The translations under genes and the position numbers were made by a program. 64,000 nt of DNA from the human T2T-CHM13v2.0 reference genome, Homo sapiens: NCBI RefSeq assembly GCF_009914755.1, contig NC_060935.1; one strand, 5' to 3'. Of the stretch, positions 12,954-28,830 are shown one piece after another. The notes below the pieces were generated by a model, which worked only from the letters and a program-made list of their open reading frames with translations, did not search any database and was not told where the DNA came from. How positions within the stretch are numbered: position 1 is the first letter of the stretch; every line of letters starts with the position of its first letter.

Positions 12954-14395
12954 TGAGAGGTGACAGCATGCTGGCAGCCCGCGCAGCGTCGCTCGCTCTC
13001 GGTGCCTCCTCGGCCTCGCCGTCCATTCTGGCCGCGCTTGAGGAGCCCTTCAGCCCGCCGCTGCACCATGGGAGCCCTTCTCTGGGCTGGCCGAGGCCGG
13101 AGCCGGCTCCCTGGGCTTGCGGGGAGGTGTGGAGGGAGAGGGACAGGCGGGAACCGGGGCTGCACGCGGCGCTTGCGTGCCAGCTAGAGTTCCGGGTGGG
13201 CGTGGACTTGGCGGGCCCCGCACTGGGAGCGGCCCGCCGGCCCTGCCGGCCCGTGCAGTAAGGGGTTTAGCACCCGGGCCAGCAGCTGCGGAGGGTGCGC
13301 CGGGTCCCCCAGCAGTGCTGGCCCACCGGCGCTGCGCTCGATTTTTCGCCGGGCCTTAGCTGCCTCCCCGCGGGGTAGGGCTCGGGAGCGGCAGCCCGCC
13401 ATGCCTGAGTCTCCCCCTCACCACCGTGGGCTCCTGCGCGGCCTGAGCCTCCCTTACCAGCGCCGCCCCATGCTCCAAGGCGCCCGGTCCCATCGACCGC
13501 CCAAGGGCTGAGGAGTCCGGGCAGGCTCACGGCGCGGGACTGTAAGGCAGCTCCACCTGCGCCCCGGTGGCAGATCCACTGGGTGAAGCCAGCTGGGCTC
13601 CTGAGTCTAGTGGGGACCTGAGTCTAGAACCTTTATGCCTAGCTGGGGGATTGTAAACACACCAATCAGCACCGTGTGTCTAGCTCAGGGTTTGTGGATG
13701 CACCAAACAGCACTCTGTATCTAGCTAATCTGGTGGGGACTTGGAGAACCTTTATGTCTAGCTAAGGGATTGTAAATGCACCCATCAGCACTGTGTCTAG
13801 CTCAAGGTTTGTAAATGCACCAATCAGTGCTCTGTGTCTAGCTGATCTGGTGGGGACTTGGAGAACCTTTAAGTCTAGATAAGGGATTGTGAATATACCA
13901 ATTGGCACTCTGCATCTAGCTAATCTAGTGGGGACCTGGAGAACTTTTGTGTCCAGCTCAGGGATTGTAAACGCACCAATCAGCACCCTGTCAAAATGGA
14001 CCAATCAGCTCTCTGTAAAACAGACCAGTCGGCTCTCTGTAAAATGGACCAATCAGCAGGATGTGGGTGGGGCCAGATGAGAGAATAAAAGCAGGCTGCC
14101 GGAGCCAGCAGTGGCAAGCTGCTGAGGTTACCTTCCACACTGTGTAGGTTTTATTCTTTGGCTCTTTGCAATAAATCTTGCTGCTGCTCGCTTTTTTTGG
14201 TCCACACTGCTTTTATGAGCTGTAACACTCACCTCAAAGGTCTGCAGCTTCACTCCTGAGCCAGCTAGACCACAAACCCACCAGAAGGAACAAACTCCGG
14301 ACACGGCGCCTTTAAGAACTGTAGCACTCACCGCAAGCCTCCGTGGTTTCATTCTTGAAGTCAGTAAGACCAAGAACCCACCAATTCTGGACACA
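12954..14395 (+). mobile_element. Solo ERV9/LTR12-family LTR (C/D/E type)
   Basis: TGAGAGGTGACAGC...CCAATTCTGGACACA termini; 4-bp TSD ATAT (12950-12953, 14396-14399); GC/CpG-rich U3; tandem TCTAGCT/CACCAATCAGC enhancer repeats. Confidence 0.97.
13660..14175 (+). promoter_or_regulatory. LTR12 enhancer/promoter: CCAAT (NF-Y) boxes, GC box, AATAAAA TATA-like element and LTR poly(A) signal
   Basis: CCAAT at 13662, 13820, 13976, 14001 and 14049; GGGTGGGGCC at 14065; AATAAAA at 14084-14090; AATAAA at 14170-14175. Confidence 0.7.
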
Positions 14396-14694
14396 ATATG
14401 AGAATGATATAAAATTGCAAGTATCTGGCTGTTTTTGACTTATAAGAATGCCAATTCCATGTGGTTCAAACTAATATTAATAATGGAACAGGTAAAAACC
14501 ATGACACGTGTGAATTTAGAAAAGAAATTTCTGCAAACACATTCTTTTAGTGAAGGTGCTAAAATAGCAAAATTAAGAGCCTCCTACCAACTGCAGATAA
14601 GCTGACATAGGACAATAACAAAATTATAGCAGATGATTTTCAAAGCCCAATACTTTATAAATACCAAATAATAGTGGCAGAAAGGGTTACAGTT

Positions 14695-14830
14695 TGCCTA
14701 TGTTCAATTAACTAAAGAACACTATGCCAGAGAGCCCAAGGTCAAAGGTTTGACCCCTTTGTCATCCTGTTAACTCTATCATGTTTCATGACCTACTGTA
14801 CTCTTAGTCCAGGACATTCATCTCTGAAAT
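14695..14830 (+). mobile_element. Probable MamSINE1 (ancient tRNA-derived SINE) relic
   Basis: Decayed A-box/B-box head (GCCCAAGGTCAAAGGTTTGACCCC) followed by a body resembling the recalled consensus. Confidence 0.45.
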
Positions 14831-15613
14831 GCACGCCCAAGGCAGAGGGTGAGAGGTAAGGATTGGAGTGGAAATGAATTTCAAGAAAAGGTACAAATCT
14901 ATGACTTTTGCAGTGGAGATGGGGGCATCTAAAAGGCAGACTCTTGTGCCTGCCCTATGGTACATGTTCAATAAGTGGTGAATAAATGGATGGGTGAAGG
15001 AGTGAATGTCCTGCTAGTGATGAGTAATCTCATTACTAATTTTGTAGAAAATCTCTAGTAATATCACGTAATGTGTTTTAGCTGGAAGGGACCTTGAAGC
15101 TATCTAATCTGGTGTCCACATTTTGATAGTTGGGAAAAATAAAGTTTAAAATGAAATGACTAACCTAAAGTCACACTGACTGGGACTAGAATTTATGGCT
15201 TCTCAATGTCAGAACTGGGACTAGAATTTGTGGTTCCTAGTTCTCAGTGTAATACTCCTTCCAATATATATGATAGGATAAAGGATCTTTCTCACCAATA
15301 GAAATAATTAGCATGTAATTTTCACATCCTGAAATAGCAGAGTAGTCTCGTTTAGTGTTTATAATCGGAGGAGGCCTTAAAGATTATCTAATCTAGCCCC
15401 TTGTTTTATAAAGTAGAAAACCATAGTGCAAATGTTAAATGACTTGTCCAAAGTTAGCCAGTTAGAAAATCAACATTTAACTCAGGTCTCCAGATCCCCC
15501 AGATCCAGGGCACATTTTGCACCGTGCTGAAAGACATTAGTACACTTAAAGTTTGTTTGCTTTTTACATATTTTGATGGCATATGATTCTCCAAATGTGG
15601 GCAACAGGAAATG

Positions 15614-15619
15614 TTTATT
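15614..15619 (-). terminator. RAB30: Distal polyadenylation signal AATAAA of RAB30
   Basis: Minus strand reads TGTATATA-AATAAA at the end of the unique AT-rich block. Confidence 0.65.
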
Positions 15620-16235
15620 TATATACAAGTACATGGGAAAGCAATTTCCATTTAGTTTTTTTAAAAAATTGTTACAAATAAAAAGTTTTTAATACATTCA
15701 TCCTTTGCACACAAAATACATTCTTTTTCTTTTACTCTCAGTATGAATTATTTCTTAATAATAGAAAACATAGGCTACAATGAATGGACAGTCATATGGT
15801 TTGGTGATTTGACAAACTTTTTTCAAGAAGCAAAGTCCAATTTTAAAAGACAGACAATATATAAAATAACTTACATATTTAAAATGCTACTTCATTGAAT
15901 CCTAAAAGATTGAATGAGTACTCTTATCCAGCATGATTTGTAGTTGTCCTTTAAACAATGCAGAGGACAAGAAATCCTCTATGTGATGGCAACTCAATTT
16001 CTACAAGACTGAAACAGTCTTCATGAAATTGATTGCTTATCACATCTAAATGACAGGCTCATAGAAAAATTCTTATGGATGTATTGGGGAGTTAGTCTTT
16101 ATTCAGAGGTCTCCTAATTGATCAATTAAACTAAGATCGTAAGTTGCACTCTCCAAACAGGATTGCAAGAGGTTCTACGTAAATAAACATAAATGATTTG
16201 ATTTGATTTGTCAGACTAATTGTTTTTAAGAGAGA

Positions 16236-16735
16236 TGTGAAAACATACACCCATACAAAAAACTTTTACATAAATGTTCACAGCAGCATTATTATAATCA
16301 AAAGGTGGAAAAAACCCAAATGTCCATCAAATGATAAATGGACAAATAAAATGTGGCATATACATGCAATGGAATATTATTTAAACATGAAAACAATGTA
16401 CTGATTTATGCTACAACATGGATGAGCTTTAAAAACATTATGCTTACTTAGAGAAGCCAGACACAAAAGGCCACATGTTGTTTGACTATATGAAATGTCC
16501 AGGATAGGCAAATTCATAGGGACAGAAAGTAGATTAGTGGTTGCCGGATGCTGGGGGAAGGAGGAGGAGGAGTGATTGCAAATGGTATGGGGTTTCTTTT
16601 GGAGGTGATGAAAGTGTTCTGAAGTTAGGGAGTGGTGATGTTGCACAACTTAGTGAATATGATTAAAAACATTGAAGTTTACACCTTAATAGGATAAACC
16701 GTATGGTGCATGAATGATATCTTAATTTTAAAAAG
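16236..16735 (+). mobile_element. L1MB 3' end, antisense within RAB30 3' UTR
   Basis: Classic L1M 3' motifs (AAATGTCCATCAA, ACAACATGGATGA, AGTAGATTAGTGGTTGCC); TSD-like AGAGATG on both sides. Confidence 0.85.
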
Positions 16736-19700
16736 AGATGCAACTTCATTTAAGAATATTTTGTTCAAGTTTGTATTCCCTCCCCACTTCCCTTTTTTAA
16801 TGTTGATTGAATTTTTCATACAATCACCTTTCTACAGAAGGTTTTCAGCTAATTGGACTCGGGTCATCAGTGGGTTATATTTCTAACAGGCTTTTTGTTA
16901 AGTAAAAAGATCAATATATGAACACATAAAATATGATGTAGTATACTGTTAATATTTGCATATTAACATTTAAAATCAAGTACTATTCTTATATTGAAGT
17001 TGGTTAGATTTTATATAACGCTGTATACAAATAATACTGATATCCTATGCTTAAAACCAATAGCCAAATATCAAGAATCGAGTTCATAAAACTCAGTGAT
17101 TAACCTGTTTATTAGTTAAAACTATGTATGTATTAATATTAAAGATCCATGTTTCAATGGAGTGATAGGAAATGTGGGGGAGATCAAGGATTCTCTAAGT
17201 CTTCATAAAGCAGCTTCTCTAAATATTTTAACTAGCTGCTGAGATCTCCAGAATTATATATTTTGCATTTTATTTCATCTCTATACTAAAAGTCATGCAT
17301 TAAAAGTGTGTACAAGATATATGGGGCACACTTTTCCCTTCAGATTATCAAAAACCTCTTTTTACTCCTGTATTATCTGAAATTTTGAGCAGAGTTTGTT
17401 GTTTTTTCTTTTTTTTTTTTTTTTTGCTGAAAACAGAAATTTTGCTCACGAGTTAGTTCAAATACATTTATGTAGCTCCCTTATATACTATCAAAGGAGC
17501 TCCAACCATCTGGTATGTCTGGAAGACACTTCAGTGAGTAGAAATTAGAAGCCAGCATTTGAAATTTTCTATCACAGGGACATGAAAGCCTAAACCGGCC
17601 TTAAAGGGATAAGAGGATTTTACATTTTTAAAAAATAAATCAATTAACATTCATTGTCAAATAACCTACAAGAAAGTTCCACTAGCATTCTGCAATTGTA
17701 TAGAATAAGAGAATATTTGTTGCTAATGATTACATTCCAGAAAGCAATATGTTTAGCAGCTGTTTTTCAAAAGACTTGTCAAGTTTTACTATTGTTATTT
17801 AATCCAGGCATAAATGTGTAACCTTAAACAAAAACTGTGCATTATTCAACCAGCTAGTGACAAATTATCTTAACAAAGTAGATTATCTTTTGCTTTTCTG
17901 TACATGAATTTTTTCTTTATTAGGCATTTTGTATTCCAATTTTTGTTTTAGAATTTAGTGCACACGTAGAAAGGGGAAGAAACGCTTTTGGATGTTGGTA
18001 ATTATGTACATCAAATAATGTCATATATGAAATTAAAAGCAGATCACAAAACCGAGATTCATGCCTCCATTTTTACCAAGGGGAGGAAACAAGAGCCATA
18101 CAGCCAGAATAATTCTTCAGAAGCACACTTTGTTATCAATTATGTAACTAAAGAATCAAAGTATGTATATATAACTGAAGAGTTAATCAACAGTAAGACC
18201 GTGATCTACATCTGATACCAATAAGAAGCTAAGAGTAATAAATACCTATCCTGACATTCACTAAGTAAATAATGACTATCATTTTAATAATCATTATTTT
18301 TTCTGACTGTTATTTTTTTTAAATAGGCAAAAGAGCAATAATAAATGGCAAATGTGGCTCCTTAAAAAGAAGATAGGGATCAACCCAGTTTTCTTCCCAT
18401 GAAGAATAGGAACAAGAAGAAAGAGGTTTAAATTGCTCTGTGAGGTATTTCAGTTCTAAGATTAAGCTTCCTGATAATGAGTTTACAACCCTGGAATTGC
18501 CTATTGGGAGAGAGAGAGAGACCACCTTGCCTGAAGTTTGTAAAGAAATGGAGGGTGACAGTAGTAATGCCCAAAGGCAAAAGGATGGATCAGACAAATG
18601 AATTCCTTTTAAGGCACCCTTTCAGAAATGGAGTTCTTTTCTTTGAAGCCAGGAAAGTTTCTTTGTTTTGTCTCTTAAGGATCTACACTTGGCATCAGAC
18701 CATTCAAAGTCTGCTCTTAATTAAAGTGAAAAAGAACTAATATTTGAGTGCTAACTGTTTACCAAGCACTGTACTTTCAACTTATCTCATCTAATTTTCA
18801 CAATAATCCTGACAGGTCTATCTCATAGATGAGAAGATTGATGCTCAAATATTGTGCTTCGTCTAAAGTCTCAGCTAATTTGTGGCATACTAGAACTCCT
18901 CACACCTAAACTAGTGTTTCCCCTTCTATATAACTCCCCACATCACTCTCCAAAGTGTCAAAGTCAGCAACCACCACCGATTCCGTCAGGAACTAGAACA
19001 CAGCATCTCCAAAAATTCTGCTTTAAATCAATGGAAAAGTAAAATTTTGGCTCATACCTCAAGAAGTCAAAGAAGTGGTGACTAGCCTTTGTGCTCTGAC
19101 CTCTTGTCCAAAGGAGTCCAAGAAAGTCTCAATCAAACTCAAATAGATTTGTCACCATACAGATTTAAGACCAATGACTTAAAAAAACAAAACAAAACCA
19201 TAAAAAAAGACCAATGAAGAGCCGTCTATCAGCCTTGCAAGGGTGAAAGTTATTTTGCAGGTGGAATAATTTGGGCCATAGGCTTCAATAGCAAAAATTG
19301 CTTACAGTTACCTCTAATTTGCAAGTCAAAAATACTTGTTTTTATTGCTTTCCACATAAAGCAATTTGACCTCAGTTCTTTTAAACTCATGTATTCTCAA
19401 GAGAATCAAACCAACTAAGGAAATGTCATTGATACTTTTCTAAAATAGATCTTGTGGACTGCTTTATGTCAGTGACCCACCAGCCCATCTCTCTTGGGAG
19501 TTGGTCTGTTTGTGAGAACTTTAACAGAAGATTCTGCTCTGTTAAAAAGGCCTATCCTAAAATCTTGAAAGAGACACCCATTATTTATTAAACAGAGCAA
19601 GGCCTATGTTTAGCAAGTGATAAATGAATATACTTCATGTAACTTCTACTAAAACAATACCTTTTGATTCAACAGGACATCAATGAATGGACCGACAAAG

Positions 19701-20810
19701 CAAGTCCAGCATAGGGCATAATGGAGGGCCAGTCTCTTGGCCTAACAACGTGCAACCAACCTCTTCCCTGAAAGATAAAGGTGGGATGCACTTGTGGCAG
19801 AAGAACGAGGCCCCATTAAAAAAATCATTAGCTATGAATTAACAGATATTTAATTGAACATGTTATGAGAGGCAAAGTACTACATACAACATGGAATTTA
19901 GGTTAATAGGTCACCTGCTCCAATCTCCAACCAATTGGATCCTCTCCACATCTTTGCCTCTTGACAGAGGCTATTACCTGAGGCAGACTGTCCCATAGTG
20001 AACCAACTTTTTGAGAATGGTCGCCCTGACATGGAACCCAAATCTGTGTCCCTACGGCCTCATTCAGTAGGCCTCATTCCACCCCTCTGAACCACAGAGC
20101 ATCTTGTTCTAATGCACTAATTGTATTCCCCTCTTTTTCCTAACCTAAGTCTCCCCAAATCCTTCAAGTATTCTTTAAATGGCTTGCATTTAAAATTCCT
20201 TCATCAGACTGGTAATGCCTCAATTTGTTTTTAATTTCAAAGTATGGCTCCTGGAAATGATAATAACATTCCAACATCAAGGGACTGAGGAGAGGAGATG
20301 AAATGCCATCTCCCTTACTCTAATGTTGCTATATTAATATGTGTTTTGAAGGGATGATAATTTCTTAATTCAGTATGAAAAAATTACCAGTGTGAAGAAT
20401 GTAAAGGAAGGCATCTTTCCTTCCAAACGCAAATAGGCTCATGCCACAGAAATGAAATCCAAAAAGAAAGTAAAGAAAACATATCCCTCCCTTATCCCAA
20501 AATTAGTGTTTAACCATGCTGCTTAAATGGAACACATTTTGTCTGAAGGATGAGAAGCAAATGTTGTTTCACAGCTTTTAATTCTTTAGCGAAGTCTCAA
20601 AAGTATCATAGTATAAACATGTCAGGACCATGGTTGAGAAAAGTAACCAGTTGCAGTTAAAACAACAACAACAACAACAAAAAATTTTGGAAAAAAAGGA
20701 ATGGCAAACTCTAGAAGATCTCTCCCAGAGGCTAATAGAGCAATGATCCCTAAGTACTCATTACTATGAAATACAGAGTTCTACAAGATTAAGAAATAAA
20801 AAAGACATTA

Positions 20811-20934
20811 GATTTTTGCCCTAAATGACAGGTAATAAATCTAAACTTAGGAACATTTCCTCACAGTTCAAAAAGTTCTGCCCACCTTGATTAACTTGTT
20901 TTCTGAATACCTTTAGTTGCTGGCTTAGTGGAGA
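20811..20934. repeat. Dispersed direct duplication, copy 1
   Basis: First 48 nt identical to 22520-22567; the rest is highly similar. Confidence 0.95.
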
Positions 20935-22519
20935 AGGCCATTGGTTTGATATGCAAAAAAAAAAAAAAAGATTTTTTTCTGATTGTGCTATTTCATTCAT
21001 GTGGCTTGGCTTAAAAGAAGATGTTTCACTTTAGTAGGAAGACCAATTCAAACATCATTTACAACTGACGTTTATTCAGTATGAGTCATGAACTGAAACT
21101 TGGTGTGGGATCTGGTGGAATTATGGGCTAGCTTAAAGGGTAATGTGGCAAATCATTGGCCTAATTCTGTGGGAATCACCAGTGTCCTCCCAAGGCATAT
21201 ATTCATGAATGAAAGAAGATAAGAACCCAGTCCTTTGCTAAATCTGGCGTCTCTGGCCAAATCTAAACGGCTTAAATAATCCTCATCCAAATATCTTATT
21301 TTGGCCAATCGTTTCTACCTTCCTTATAAACTCTAAATCAGAACTTGACACATTGTCAAATCAACCCATTTAACTTTCATTTTTAGTTTTCTTGCCACTT
21401 TACTCAGGGAGAGATAAAAACGTGAAATGATTAAAAGACCGAGAAAAAGAAAGGCCAGGAAGAACCCATGGCCTAATCTAAGTAATCCATCAAAAAAGAT
21501 AATTGGCCCTGTAAATTCAAAAAATATTAATATAATTCAACAGATTTAATAAAAGCACACAAAGGGAGAAAAAGCCTTCTATGGGCAAAGAAGCACAAAA
21601 TCCTTTGAGGATGTAGTCTATACAAAGCCATAAGAAAATATCATTATCAGCAAACTATTATTTCATAGATTTTCCCAAGCCTGACTCCATGACATGAGTA
21701 TCATGCATTTTCACTGGAAACTGAAAAAAGTTTTGCCATATATTTAATAACTTTATTGAATGAAGAAAAAGATCACACCAAAAATGGAGGAATACATCAA
21801 CCCTGGTGGTCTTAGTAGACCGAGCCAAATTAAACTATATGATAAAGCAATTTCTCTTTTTTCATCCACCACTAAATGAGAGTTCATTTTTATCTAAAGA
21901 AGGCTCATCTTAGCAAATATTGCCATGACAATAAGACTGTTAGGCAAACCAATAAATTTAGGTTCTGGCCTGGGTTAAGATGACTGTATTTAGTGTCCTT
22001 TCTCAAGTTCTACTTGAAGGAATTTCTGTTTAATCAAAAAAAGCTCCCCCAACCACTACCACCCCACCTTGGCACTTAAATGTTTATTTGACTAATATTT
22101 ATTGCACCTACAATATTGTCAGGGATTGTTTTCAAACTTCAGATATATTAGTAGACAAGTATCCATAAGGCCTAATCTGGAATTCATACAACTAAGAAAA
22201 AAAGAAACAAAGTCCCACATTCTCATGTGTTCCTGCTGATGGGCTGTGGATGGGTAAGTTATGGAAAGGCTGGGAGGAGCAACAAGGAAGATAGAGGCCA
22301 AGACCAGAGCTTTTTAATCCCCTTCTGAGTCTGGCCAAGGGTATATAGAGAAGGCTAAACCCTAGGGAATAATACAAGTGTGACCCTAAAAGGTATTATT
22401 TTGCAACTAAATCAGTCCAATCTAACACAGCCATTTCCTCTAAGTTCACAAAGCAACTTTATTTTCAACACACTTGCAACTGTGAGACAAAGTTGGGTCA
22501 TCATGTGCTGGGGACACTG

Positions 22520-22648
22520 GATTTTTGCCCTAAATGACAGGTAATAAATCTAAACTTAGGAACATTTTCTTACAGTTTAAAAAAAATTCTTCTGCCCTCC
22601 TTGATTAACTTGTTTTCTGAATACATTTAGTTGCTGGCTTAGTGGAGA
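22520..22648. repeat. Dispersed direct duplication, copy 2
   Basis: GATTTTTGCCCTAAATGACAGG...GCTGGCTTAGTGGAGA, matching 20811-20934 with a few substitutions and ~5 extra nt. Confidence 0.95.
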
Positions 22649-23925
22649 GGATGGGGAGGGAAAGGCAACAATTATTATAAATTATTTTGGTTTTTATTAA
22701 AATGACTTTTCTTTCCTGCAGAGACAGATTCTAAAAGAAAAACAAGTCAAACTTCTGGGATGCCTTTCTCTTTCCCACAGGATCAGGAAAAACACAGTGA
22801 GGCCAACCAAAAGTATCAGCCCCTTAAAAAATATGCATAATCTCATGTGCAAGACACTGGTCAATCTAGAACCTGCTAGAGAAATGCCAGAAATGCTTTA
22901 TCCACATCATGTCTCTACATGACTAATTTCTTTACAATTAAATAGCTTTCAAACATCAACATATCAGAACTGAGATTGTCACCATCTACAGCAACAGTGG
23001 AATTACACATCATATCCTTATTCCATTACTCATCCCTCAGTTATGCTAAGCAGCAAGCTACAGAAACATCTGACAGCATCAACAGCATACAGGTTTAATT
23101 ATTTTCCCAATTTGCATTTATATCAGTGAACAAATTGGAAGCTATCAAAGTATGGCACTGAAGAAAAAGAAACACATATTCAGCAGCACATCTCCCATTT
23201 TGAGTCCTGTTTTTAAATTGGCTAAGTAAAGGCATATACACCTCCATTTGAATTGGAGATTTGCAGTAACACAGGCATATAAGGATGGGAGGGAAGGAGG
23301 GAGGGAGGGAGGGAAGAAGAAAAGGAGAGACCAGAAAAATAGAGAGGAAAAGAGAAAGAAAAAAGAAAGAACATATGGTTAAGCGTCTGAAGGTAACATT
23401 ATTACAAGAAGGAGGGGATAAATGACAGTTCAATCTGCTTCCACGAGCAGAATTTTTCTAAGGTTATCATCGAAGATATAAAAATGGGTCGTGAGACTTT
23501 TCATCTGTTGCTATTCTCACTTATCATACTAAAAAATCTACAAAATCCTAAGCCTTGGTCTGTCCAAGATGGAGAGTACCAGGAAGTAAAAGATGTGACC
23601 TACTATCAAGGACTGTGCTCTGCTAGGAGCCCTGCACTACAGTCCATTAATCCACAGTATTTTGGTCATATCTGGTCTGTTTCCTCATACTACTCAAAAT
23701 GTGTTAGAGCTAAGTTTTTATATTAGAATGTCATCAACCATTTGTTTATTTTTTTCATTTTGCAAACGTTTTCATTTACATAAAGGGCTGGAGAGACAAG
23801 AAAGTGGTAGAGATTCAGAGGGGAACATAAAAGGAAAAGTATTCTCTTTTCCCAAAAATCCACCTTTAAAAAGGTAGTAATGAGACTTTGAGAAAGAGTG
23901 CTGATTCATGGACTTCCCCCATTTT

Positions 23926-23931
23926 TTTATT
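23926..23931 (-). terminator. RAB30: Proximal polyadenylation signal AATAAA of RAB30
   Basis: First AATAAA I found on minus after the stop, ~700 nt downstream. Confidence 0.55.
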
Positions 23932-24627
23932 TCTATATAACACATTTAAGGACATTAATGTACTAAAACGTTTGGTCTGTGAAATAGCGGAATCATTAGC
24001 ACCAAAAGGAGTTATGGAGCTTGTATATATTATTAAAACAATGATTGTTACTGTTGGTCATGGGTAAAGGTTTCATTTCATTTTTACATCCCAAAGTTCT
24101 TGAAAGTGCCTGTGGACAAGAGAAATAACACTTTTCAAAATCTCCATGGGGTCGTCAATACGCACCACAGAGACTGTACTTGGCCTTCCCAGTTTTGGTT
24201 TATCTGGTAGACAAGAAAACCAGGGCCCCCAGATGATTACCACCGAAGCCCTAAAGAAGAGTTCCCACATGCACCCACTGATGTGCAGGAGGGATCCCTA
24301 CAGTACATTTCCCCCCGGACTCTGTTTAGGAATGCGCTTTTACTTGCTTTTTAAAAAAACAAAAGCAACATGCTCTGCAGATCATGGAGTGCCTAGTGCA
24401 ATTTTCTCCTTGCTCCAACTCCAGACTGGAAAAGGGTGAAACCATTATATGTTCTGCTAATGCTGGCCTGTGGTCGAGGCCCTTGGCCTGCCATGCTTTG
24501 TAAGCTCAGGAGCCCACAGGAGTCAGAAGGTCAGAGAGCGGGAGCCACAGTCATCGCCAGATCTCCCCAGCATCTCATGGCCCATCAGGGCAGTTGCTGA
24601 TTCCTTTTCTTCTCCGTGCCTCAGCCT

Positions 24628-24878
24628 TTAGTTGAAATTACAACAAGTCAAATAGCTGATGCTTTTCCCTTCTCCAGGTAAGGGTGAGGATACATTGTTC
24701 ACAAGTGTGTTCTGTCTGGCTTCACTGATGAGTCGGCATGCTAAGTCAAGGAAGAGTTTCTCCACATTATCAGATTCCTTGGCTGAGGTCTCCAGATAAT
24801 ACATGTCCTGAGCTTCTGAGAATTCTTCAGCTCGCTGCTGGGAAACCTCTCTCCTTTCAGCCAGGTCAATCTTGTTGC
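24628..24878 (-). CDS. RAB30: RAB30 last coding exon (aa 121-203)
   Basis: TAG acceptor (AG at 24880-24879); encodes (G)NKIDLAERREVSQQRAEEF...YLETSAKE...SISYLTCCNFN* with G4 NKxD, G5 SAK and CCxxx prenylation motif; TAA at 24630-24628. Confidence 0.98.
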
Positions 24879-24989
24879 CTATAACAGTAGTAAAATCAAA
24901 TAAAGAATCAGCATTTGACTTTTTGCAGGCTGAGAAGCATCAAAATTCAACTCCATATCTGAAGTCAAGCCAGACAGATGGGCGAGTAA

Positions 24990-28830
<3,841 letters not shown>

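Larger units (their letters stand above)
15595..24627 (-). other. RAB30: RAB30 3' UTR (long isoform, ~9 kb)
   Basis: Follows the stop at 24628; AT-rich, nearly repeat-free; ends at AATAAA 15619-15614. Length agrees with my recollection of a very long RAB30 UTR; exact cleavage site is inferred. Confidence 0.7.

Noticed and set aside
12869-14394. Overlapping GC-rich ORFs and CRISPR-like repeats in 13600-14050
   Set aside because: All lie inside LTR12; the repeats are its known enhancer array with no unique spacers, and the DNA is eukaryotic.
14695-14760. tRNA gene
   Set aside because: Only a decayed tRNA-like SINE head; no cloverleaf or intact A/B boxes.
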